Assembly: GCA_048938295.1 (NCBI GenBank)
Contig: JBHLMI010000019.1
Coordinates: forward strand, 17,330 to 49,329
From: Promethearchaeota archaeon
Lineage (GTDB): Archaea > Asgardarchaeota > Hermodarchaeia > Hermodarchaeales > Hermodarchaeaceae
Direction: 5' to 3'
DNA: 32,000 bases
Below, piece after piece: positions 24,847 through 32,000 of this stretch; within the stretch, counting starts at the first letter, position 1; each line of letters opens with the position of its first letter. The notes beneath the pieces were generated by a model. It was not told the DNA's origin. It did not search any database and worked only from the letters and a program-made list of their open reading frames with translations. The translations under genes were made by a program, and so were the position numbers.

Positions 24847-25647
24847 GTGGCTGATCAGAAAATTCTAGTCATTGACCCCCAGCTCGCCGGCATTGCAGGT
24901 GACATGTTTGTGGCAGCACTCTTAGACCTTGGAGCAGACACTAATGCAGTCGTAGCAGCAATGGAAGCATCAGCCAATTATGTCCCCAACTGTGATAGAG
25001 TGACCGTAAAGCCCCAACACGTTACGAGAAGTCATATTGGCGGTTTATTCTTAGATATCCAAATCGCAGAGACGTATACAACTCGTCCTGGGAAGGTCCT
25101 CCTAAATGCGGTTGATGCGATGACCAAGGACCTCAAGCTTTCAAAACCTGCGGCAGTGTATGCCAATCGAGCTATTCAGATTCTTGTGAAAGCCGAAGCT
25201 ACAGTCCATCGACATCCTCCAGAAAAAGTCCATCTTCATGGAGCGGGGTCAGTGGACACGGTTCTCGATATCATTGGAGCAGCCATCGCTCTTGAAAATC
25301 TTGGTATCGCTGACCCGAATACGACAAAATACCTTACACTTCCCATCGCTGTAGGAGGAGGAACCTTCAAGAGTGGTCATGGTCAGCTCGCGGCCCCTGG
25401 ACCTGCAGTGACAAATATTCTGACCAAGTATAAATTGGCTTTCAAGGGTGGACCCTATATCCACGAGATGGCAACTCCGACAGGCATCTCACTGCTTGCT
25501 GCCTTGAATCCCGTTTCAACTCAGGTATTTCCTGAGCTCTTTCCACTCGCAGTTGGCTATGGAGCAGGTACAGGAGAACTCTCCGGAATTCCTAACCTTC
25601 TCCGATTCGTGCTAGGGAAACCAGCAACAACCCCACAGGAGGGCTAG
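24847..25647 (+). CDS. larC: LarC family nickel insertase, N-terminal (LarC1-like) portion only
   Basis: GIAGDM..AALLDLG, EA.VH...PEKVHLH, D...DI.G, GHG.L..P.PA, ATPTG, GYGAG, PNLLR; stops at 266 aa before the usual C-terminal domain. Confidence 0.85.
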   Translation: MADQKILVIDPQLAGIAGDMFVAALLDLGADTNAVVAAMEASANYVPNCDRVTVKPQHVTRSHIGGLFLDIQIAETYTTRPGKVLLNAVDAMTKDLKLSKPAAVYANRAIQILVKAEATVHRHPPEKVHLHGAGSVDTVLDIIGAAIALENLGIADPNTTKYLTLPIAVGGGTFKSGHGQLAAPGPAVTNILTKYKLAFKGGPYIHEMATPTGISLLAALNPVSTQVFPELFPLAVGYGAGTGELSGIPNLLRFVLGKPATTPQEG

Positions 25648-25652
25648 TCACT

Positions 25653-26477
25653 ATCTCAATACGAAGTCATTCATTACAGCGAAAACGCACTCGAGTAATT
25701 TCTCAACTTAAAGAGTTAGGCTCTGTTTTAGTAGCACTTTCGGGTGGCGTTGACAGCGCTGTAGTCGCAGCGCTGGCATTTGAAGCTCTTGGCCAGAATG
25801 CTGTGGCAGTAACATTTGATTCTCCTTTAATTGTCCCCGAAGAAATTAAAGATGCCCGTGAAGTAGCCAAGACGATTGGGATACGTCATCAGATTCAACC
25901 GATAAACGAACTTGAGGTATCCTCCATAACGCCAAATCCATACGATCGGTGCTATCATTGCAAAATTCACCGATTTCGGGAAGCTAAAGTGCTTGCAGTC
26001 AAACTTGGACTAAATGCAGTAGTGGATGGAACGTCAGCCAGCGATCTTGGAGAACATCGACCAGGACTCCAAGCAATCAAGGAACTAACGATAATCAGTC
26101 CACTTTTAGATGCAGGTATTACCAAAAGCGAAGCACGTCAACTCGCCCGAGAGCTAAAGCTTCCCGTGGCTAACCGACCATCAAACAGCTGCTTAGCGAC
26201 TCGCATCCCCTATGGTGAAGAGCTCACTGAGGAACGCCTTGCTAGGGTAGCAGCTGCTGAGAAAGCCATAAGGACAATCATCGACGTTGGAATACTACGT
26301 GTGCGTGATCATGGTCGATTAGCCCGAATTGAAGTTGCCTCAACCGATTTGCCCAAGCTCCTTCAACCTCATATTTCTGAAGAAATATTCGAGCAGCTGA
26401 AAACATTAGGATATGAGTTTGTCACCGTAGATTTGAAAGGTTATCGCTTTGGAAGTTTTGATGTTAAGAGTTCATAA
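25653..26477 (+). CDS. larE: ATP-dependent sacrificial sulfur transferase LarE (PP-loop)
   Basis: The ORF-track call (25803) lacks the PP-loop. The same frame upstream reads QLKELGSVLVALSGGVDS with no stop, so I extended the start to the ATC at 25653 (GGAGG at 25638-25642), giving 274 aa. Also RCYHCK, DG...D....RPG, SNSCLATRIPYG and LRVRDHG..ARIEV. Confidence 0.88.
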   Translation: MSIRSHSLQRKRTRVISQLKELGSVLVALSGGVDSAVVAALAFEALGQNAVAVTFDSPLIVPEEIKDAREVAKTIGIRHQIQPINELEVSSITPNPYDRCYHCKIHRFREAKVLAVKLGLNAVVDGTSASDLGEHRPGLQAIKELTIISPLLDAGITKSEARQLARELKLPVANRPSNSCLATRIPYGEELTEERLARVAAAEKAIRTIIDVGILRVRDHGRLARIEVASTDLPKLLQPHISEEIFEQLKTLGYEFVTVDLKGYRFGSFDVKSS

Positions 26478-26784
26478 CGAATTAGAAGCTAGCAAGGAGA
26501 TTAGCAGGTAGAGATCAATAGCATGAACGTCTCCCATTCCTTTCTGCATCAAGAACATTATCTCTCCTCATTCAAGGTCGATTGCAATTCACCCAACACC
26601 AAAAAGGTAAGCACCTCATCATGGATAATGGTGAAGAGTTCACTCTATTCCGTCAATTCTCAACCAGTCGGTTCCTGGTTCCCTCTCGTACGAAATTATC
26701 CCTCATTGACCAGCTAGGGATGAAAGGCTTTTATCTCCACAATTTGAGGAGGTAGCATAGATTCTATCCATCTGAGGGAAGAAA

Positions 26785-28113
26785 ATGCAACAGCCCAAAG
26801 TCGGACTCATCACCTTGTCGCTAGCCCGTGAACGAACTGATATCGCTGAACAAGCCCACAAGGAGCTGCTTAACGCTCTGAAAACGCAAGCTCTCGACAT
26901 CCTACCGCATGACGGGTTGGTATTGACTATGGAAGATTCGGTGCGAATCTCCGAAGATATGGCTCACGACCATATCCAATGTATTATCTACAACATCGGA
27001 TCATGGATTTATGCTCCGATGGTCGTCTCTGCAGTTCAAATCACGGGGTTACCCAGCATCGTCTATGGGTACCGTAGTCCCGCAGCATTCAGCCTGGTCG
27101 GCGCAGCTATCACACATGGAAGTCTAGATGAACTCGACCTCCAGCACCGATTCATCTATGGCGAGCCAAATTCACCTGAGGTTCTAACAGCTATCACAAG
27201 CTATTCTCGAGCCGCCATGGCCTTCGATGACCTCAGCCGCAGCAAGGCAGTGGTCTTTGGTGGAAAAACCATGGGGATGGTAACCTCAGCCGTTGACTTC
27301 AGTCAGATGAAAGATATCTTCGGGACCGAAATTGAACATGTTGACATGCTCCAATTATACCTTGATGCTGAAAAGGTATCTGCAAAAAAAGTGAAGGCAA
27401 AAATGGACTGGGCAAAAAAGACCTATGGATCAGTCAACGTTTCTGATGAAATTCTTGAAAAAAGTGTTCGACTCTATTTTGCTATGAAAGATTTGATGGA
27501 ATCCAACAGATATGCCTTTGGAGGGTTTAAGTGCCAACCCGAATTCATCGATAATTATGTCAGTGGGTGTATGCCTATTTCCTGGCTGATTAACGAGGGC
27601 ATCATGATGTCCTGTGAAGCTGATATGAATGCCGCGTTTACGATGCGCATCCTCCACTTGGTGAGTGGACAACCTGTCCTTTTTGCTGATGTTAACGACT
27701 TGGACATGAATACTGGTACATTACGGCTAGTGAATTGTGGAACCATCGCTACAGATATGGCCTCGTCACCCAAGGATGTGGACTGGAATCCACAGTATAA
27801 GTACATGGGGAAAGCCAGTGGAGCCTGTCCAACATTCAGTTGCAAAGAGGGCTTAGTGACCCTAGCACGGCTAGCTCGAATAGGTGGAGAGTATGTAATG
27901 CAAATCGCTAATGGCGAAGCTGTAGTCCAGGGCAAAGAGACCTTCAAAGAGGCACGTGATCGATGGCCACATGCCTTTGTTAACCTCGAAGGGGATCCAG
28001 ACCTCTTCGTTCAACACTTACGATCTAACCATCTACACATGGTCTACGGCGATGTGGTTGAAGAGCTTTATGATTTGTGTGAGATTTTAGGAATCGAACC
28101 AATTTACACCTAA
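26785..28113 (+). CDS. L-fucose/L-arabinose isomerase family protein
   Basis: FSLVGA, GG..MGM, KCQPE, SCEAD, NCG, G.VTLARL and NHLHMVYGD. Confidence 0.8.
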   Translation: MQQPKVGLITLSLARERTDIAEQAHKELLNALKTQALDILPHDGLVLTMEDSVRISEDMAHDHIQCIIYNIGSWIYAPMVVSAVQITGLPSIVYGYRSPAAFSLVGAAITHGSLDELDLQHRFIYGEPNSPEVLTAITSYSRAAMAFDDLSRSKAVVFGGKTMGMVTSAVDFSQMKDIFGTEIEHVDMLQLYLDAEKVSAKKVKAKMDWAKKTYGSVNVSDEILEKSVRLYFAMKDLMESNRYAFGGFKCQPEFIDNYVSGCMPISWLINEGIMMSCEADMNAAFTMRILHLVSGQPVLFADVNDLDMNTGTLRLVNCGTIATDMASSPKDVDWNPQYKYMGKASGACPTFSCKEGLVTLARLARIGGEYVMQIANGEAVVQGKETFKEARDRWPHAFVNLEGDPDLFVQHLRSNHLHMVYGDVVEELYDLCEILGIEPIYT

Positions 28114-29171
28114 CTTGCCTTCATCATTGCTTGGGCCTGTTTGTGAAGACGGCGAGAAAACAAAGCTGTGAAAAGAAACACAATTATCATTGTTGTAATA
28201 ACAGCAAGTAGAATCAGTTCAAAGGAGAAAATTAGGCTTAGGCCAAGATAGATGTATGCAACTGATAGTGTGATACCTGTCAGAAGATGATTAAGGATTG
28301 TTGAAACATTGGCAGGTATCATCGCCATAGGTTGCTCATAGAATTTCAGAGTATATCGCGCACCAATAAGGCTTAGCGGAATGGTTGACAAGAGGAGGAG
28401 TGAAAACCAGGTTGTAATGTTGAAAAGAACCGAAAAGCCGACAATAAGGTAGACCAGCAGTAAAATGGCAACGTAGAGAAAGGCTGCGCGCCGCCGCCCT
28501 AGCCGAACAACCAGGGTATATTTTTCGGAGTCTCTGTCAGCTTTGAAATCAGCAAATTCATTGATGTAGAGAATAGCTGACACAAGAAGGGCAACAGGCA
28601 AAGCCATAATTATCGGTTCCCAGGCAAAAAGCTGAACCTGAGTATAAAATGCTCCAAACGTGAGTAGGATGCCAAAACATACACCTATGACAATCTCACC
28701 TATCCCACGGCTAACGAATTTTAATGGCGGAGCAGTATAGAAGAACCCAAGAAAAATACCAAGAAATCCCAGAACCAATACGAGAAGCCCACGAGTGATA
28801 GTCAGGTAGAGACCGATTATTGCGCCGATACTAGAGAGTGCAATTGAGCCAGCGAGGACCGCTCGGGGAGAGAGGAGGCCTTTTTGGATCATACGGCTTC
28901 CACCAGTAAAGGGTCTAATGTATTCGATGTTGATGTTGTCTGATCCCTGTCGATAATCCCAGTAGTCGTTTGCCACATTTGCTCCAAGGTGTATACACAC
29001 CCCACCGATAAGGGTTAGTAGAAAAACGTCCCAAAGGAATATCCCAGTGACTCCCCACGCGATTGCAGTTCCTAAAATGATTGGTACGATTGAAGCAGTA
29101 GTGAATGGGAGACGAAGCTCTCCCAACCATATTTTGGTCTTACTTGGATTTTCTTCTGGAGATTCCGACAA
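28110..29171 (-). CDS. menA: 1,4-dihydroxy-2-naphthoate polyprenyltransferase (UbiA family)
   Basis: ANDYWDYRQGSD, GGSR, FYTAPP, G.GEI, INEFADFKADRDSEKYTLVVRLG; multiple transmembrane segments. Confidence 0.88.
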   Translation of the reverse strand: MSESPEENPSKTKIWLGELRLPFTTASIVPIILGTAIAWGVTGIFLWDVFLLTLIGGVCIHLGANVANDYWDYRQGSDNINIEYIRPFTGGSRMIQKGLLSPRAVLAGSIALSSIGAIIGLYLTITRGLLVLVLGFLGIFLGFFYTAPPLKFVSRGIGEIVIGVCFGILLTFGAFYTQVQLFAWEPIIMALPVALLVSAILYINEFADFKADRDSEKYTLVVRLGRRRAAFLYVAILLLVYLIVGFSVLFNITTWFSLLLLSTIPLSLIGARYTLKFYEQPMAMIPANVSTILNHLLTGITLSVAYIYLGLSLIFSFELILLAVITTMIIVFLFTALFSRRLHKQAQAMMKAS

Positions 29172-29202
29172 AGTATTTGCCCCTGTTCGTGAACGGTAAG
29201 TA

Positions 29203-30261
29203 TCAATATTCGCGGTTTACTGTAAAGTCAGCAAGTTGTTCGAGAATCGAACGGTTTAGGAAATCGTGTTCTTGAAGGAATGTTTTGGCTCGATTAGCAT
29301 AATCTTGGGCTAGCTGCATAGTATGTTCATAGGCTTTACTTTGATCAATCAGCGAGAGAATTGTGTTCCATTGATGCTTATTGATTGCCTCGATGCATGT
29401 TTTTCGATTAGCGGCCGAGCAGTTTTCGAGAGTATAAAGTAGGGGATAGTTCCCACGTTTCATCCGAAAATCAGAGAACGTAGATTTCTGCAGTTTTTGT
29501 CGTGTGGCTAGAATATCAAGCACATCATCTCGGAGTTGAAATGAGAATCCAATACAAGAGCCAAATTGAGCTAATGCCTCACGTTCTCCTTGAGTAGCTT
29601 CGCCAACAATAGCACCTGTTCGTGCAGCTTCTTCAAGAAACACTGCAGTTTTTCGTTTAATCATTTTCAGATATTCTTCCGTTGTATAAGCTGCTTCTTT
29701 CTCAGGAGTTATGAAGAGATCAAGAACTTCACCTTCGCACATACGAACACCCCCAGCGCCAATATTTGCCACCAGCTCTGGGGAACCATGTGTGCCAATA
29801 ATTTTGAAGGCCTGGGCAATAAGAAAATCTCCTGCAAGAAGGGCAATGTCATGTCCGTATTTCTTGTGTACGGTTGATACTCCTCTTCGCAGATCATCTT
29901 GATCGATAATATCATCATGGATGAGACTTGCAGTCTGTAGGAGTTCCGCGGCAACAGTGATTGGAAGGACTTTTTCAATTGATCCGCCAACAGCTTCACA
30001 GCTGAGCAGGGTTACTAGTGACCGAAGCCGTTTGCCGCCAGCAACTATAAGATGATGAGCAGCTTGATAGAGAACTTCTGGTTCACCTTTTTGTTTTTGA
30101 AGATAATCTAATACAGCGGAATTGATGAGTACAATTCGAGTTTGGATGTACTCATTATCTAGAAAAGTTGTAGGTCCGCCTTTTATTGTGCTCATACTTG
30201 AAGCTTGAATTGAAGACAATAGCGGATTGCTGTTAGTTGATGTTGAATCGCGATTAGGCAT
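29203..30261 (-). CDS. Polyprenyl diphosphate synthase (GGPP synthase family)
   Basis: GGKRLR, SLIHDDIID..DLRRG, AGDFL, KTA and FQLRDDVLD. Confidence 0.93.
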   Translation of the reverse strand: MPNRDSTSTNSNPLLSSIQASSMSTIKGGPTTFLDNEYIQTRIVLINSAVLDYLQKQKGEPEVLYQAAHHLIVAGGKRLRSLVTLLSCEAVGGSIEKVLPITVAAELLQTASLIHDDIIDQDDLRRGVSTVHKKYGHDIALLAGDFLIAQAFKIIGTHGSPELVANIGAGGVRMCEGEVLDLFITPEKEAAYTTEEYLKMIKRKTAVFLEEAARTGAIVGEATQGEREALAQFGSCIGFSFQLRDDVLDILATRQKLQKSTFSDFRMKRGNYPLLYTLENCSAANRKTCIEAINKHQWNTILSLIDQSKAYEHTMQLAQDYANRAKTFLQEHDFLNRSILEQLADFTVNREY

Positions 30262-30410
30262 TCACTGAAAACTCCTTTGCAATCGTTTCCTACTACCTAT
30301 TGGTATTATTTGAAGGTACGTTTTGATCATTGAATCTAAGCAACACGTCCCTAAGAAGATATGGAACACCGTATACGTAAAAGGAAATAGACCTGATTTA
30401 CCTTTGATCA

Positions 30411-31610
30411 TTAGGATACCAACGCTAATATCTTTACTAGTGTTTTTGAAGCTAGTTTGACTGAAAAGGGAAGCTTACAACGAATTAAATGTTGCAAGTA
30501 TCGAGGGCCAGCGAGTTGCATGCAACGGTTTGTTAAGTTATCTGAAGTCATTACTCGATCCGCAATTCGAAGAATATCCAAAGCAGAACTTAACTCCTGT
30601 CCGAATTCCTTTTTCCAGGTCTTTTCATACCAGCTTAGTGGCGTGTTTTCCTGAATGTACTGAGCAGCTGCAATTCCGGCTAATTCTCCCCCACCCAGGG
30701 CAGTGGGAATTCCACCTCCATTTGAGGCCATTACATGTCCTGCAGCATCACCAACCAGAAGAACCGAATCAAAATAAGTTCGTGTTACTGGACCACCTAC
30801 AGGTACAATGGCACCAGTTTTTCGTAAGATTTTCCCATTTTTCATTCGATCTGCGTTTGCTGGATGTGAGTTAATAAACCGATGGAGATAGGATAGGGCA
30901 GTGTCAGAATTTGTCGAAAATGCCGGACGAAAACCAAGTCCTATATTTACCGTTGCTTCATCTTTCGGGATTACCCAAGCATAACCACCAGGAGCAATCT
31001 GGCTACCAAAGTACATCTCAGTTGTATTTGGGTCACAGTTAATATTTGTCATGACAAACTGAATTGTCGGAGATAAATCGCGTGATCGATTCTCATAGCG
31101 CACCCCTATTGACCGGGCTATCCGTGATTGCGTTCCATCAGCTCCAATAACGATTTTTGCGTTAATTGTTTGACGCCCCGATTTATTTTTAACAACGAGC
31201 TGATTTGGGCTTGTTCGTTTCAATACTGTACTCTGCAAGTGTATCTGGGCACCTACAGCTATTGCTTGATTTGCGAGATGTTGATCAAACTTTGCACGGT
31301 CAATAATATTTGATTTAAGCCGGAATTTAAAAGCACGATTATTTGGGGAGGCAAGTAAAAGACGTGAGCAGCGATTGGTAATTACATCTGATGGAACGTC
31401 CACGAGACGTGCTACTCGCGGAGAATTGGGGAGGAGATCGTGCATTTCCTCTGGCACTGGGAGATATTCTCCACATTGCACAGGGATACCGACTTGTTTT
31501 CGACTATCGAATACGATGGTCTTCAGCCCAAGTTTAGCCGCTGTCTTTGCGGCCGTGCAACCGGCAGGTCCTGCTCCTACTATTGCAACATCAAAGGAGG
31601 ATGCAGACAT
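30411..31610 (-). CDS. Geranylgeranyl reductase family FAD-dependent oxidoreductase
   Basis: VAIVGAGPAG, P.QCGE, IDR..FD..LA, GADG, PGGYAWVIPK and LVGDAAG...A..GGGI. Confidence 0.9.
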   Translation of the reverse strand: MSASSFDVAIVGAGPAGCTAAKTAAKLGLKTIVFDSRKQVGIPVQCGEYLPVPEEMHDLLPNSPRVARLVDVPSDVITNRCSRLLLASPNNRAFKFRLKSNIIDRAKFDQHLANQAIAVGAQIHLQSTVLKRTSPNQLVVKNKSGRQTINAKIVIGADGTQSRIARSIGVRYENRSRDLSPTIQFVMTNINCDPNTTEMYFGSQIAPGGYAWVIPKDEATVNIGLGFRPAFSTNSDTALSYLHRFINSHPANADRMKNGKILRKTGAIVPVGGPVTRTYFDSVLLVGDAAGHVMASNGGGIPTALGGGELAGIAAAQYIQENTPLSWYEKTWKKEFGQELSSALDILRIADRVMTSDNLTNRCMQLAGPRYLQHLIRCKLPFSVKLASKTLVKILALVS

Positions 31611-31715
31611 TTTGTTCAGTCCATCTTACTTCTTATGAGAAGGAGATACCAAGGGTTTCTTCTTTAGGCCAATGATATGCCATTTAGCCAAACAAATTCA
31701 TGTTTGACGGTATAA

Positions 31716-31998
31716 CTATTGTGAGGTTTCGATTGGTTCTTCATAGAAGCAATCACGTGCATCTTCACCGAAGAACAGCTCCATAAGCCATTCCATTGAT
31801 CCCTTTACGGTTTGCCAATACATCATTCCAAATCCCTTCTTCATCATCATATTGAAGCGTGAGGGTTGGACATCTTTTGCATTGTGGCCATACGCTGTGA
31901 TTATGAATAATCCTTTGCCATACTTTTTTACCATTTTTTTCAGGCAACTCATGCAACTCCATGCTACTAGCAGTTGCTAATGTTAGAATATTCGACAT
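31716..31998 (-). other. Possible 3' end of an unidentified gene at the window edge (two overlapping short ORFs in different frames)
   Basis: 78-aa and 77-aa ORFs overlap; neither shows a motif I can recognise. Confidence 0.25.
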
Positions 31999-32000
31999 TT

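Noticed and set aside
25600-25650. Programmed -1 frameshift fusing larC to larE
   Set aside because: GGGAAAC occurs near 25615-25621 but not in the X XXY YYZ phase of the larC frame; an SD-led non-AUG start is simpler.
26478-26784. Short ORFs or an RNA gene in the larE-isomerase gap
   Set aside because: The overlapping 64-65 aa ORFs have no motifs, and I saw no tRNA cloverleaf or recognisable ncRNA.
217-31667. Numerous 60-205 aa antisense or overlapping ORFs in the track (e.g. 2335..2679, 14386..15003, 16141..16512, 19915..20328, 27555..27947, 30530..30874)
   Set aside because: Shadow frames of well-supported genes with no motifs of their own.
1-32000. CRISPR arrays, IS elements, integrases, att sites, rRNA/tRNA
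   Set aside because: No regularly spaced repeats, terminal inverted repeats, recombinase motifs or RNA-gene signatures were seen by eye; a covariance-model scan would be needed to exclude small RNAs.

Overview
Archaeal chromosomal segment, most likely from an Asgard archaeon. This is inferred from a Rab-like small GTPase, eukaryote-like E1/E2/RING/JAB genes and GGAG/GGTGA ribosome-binding sites. I saw no rRNA, tRNA, CRISPR array, integrase or transposase. The centre of the window (about 6.6-16.5 kb, possibly to 18.1 kb) is the standout. A minus-strand operon encodes an Smc5/6-type SMC ATPase, a probable kleisin, one KITE (tandem winged-helix, Nse1/Nse3-like) protein and a RING-like zinc finger whose gene overlaps the KITE stop. 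It is transcribed divergently from an operon encoding a ubiquitin-like protein ending in ...VG-Q, a UBC-fold E2, a small acidic protein, a second paralogous RING-like protein and a transglutaminase-fold protein. That operon converges on JAB/MPN protease and E1 genes, and a motif-degenerate Hef/FANCM-like helicase gene lies next. The E2, the small protein and the second RING protein carry repeated SIM-like (V/I-x-I-L plus acidic) motifs in disordered tails. Together this resembles a prokaryotic Smc5/6 complex genetically coupled to its own Ubl-conjugation cascade, echoing the Nse1 and Nse2/SUMO ligases of eukaryotic Smc5/6. The flanks are metabolic or housekeeping: NDP-forming acyl-CoA synthetase, glycerate kinase, an Eis-like acetyltransferase/deacetylase pair, two HAD phosphatases, malic enzyme, S9 peptidase, larB/larC/larE, a fucose-isomerase-like enzyme, and menA-polyprenyl synthase-geranylgeranyl reductase. 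All family calls come from motif recognition by eye; no database search was run.
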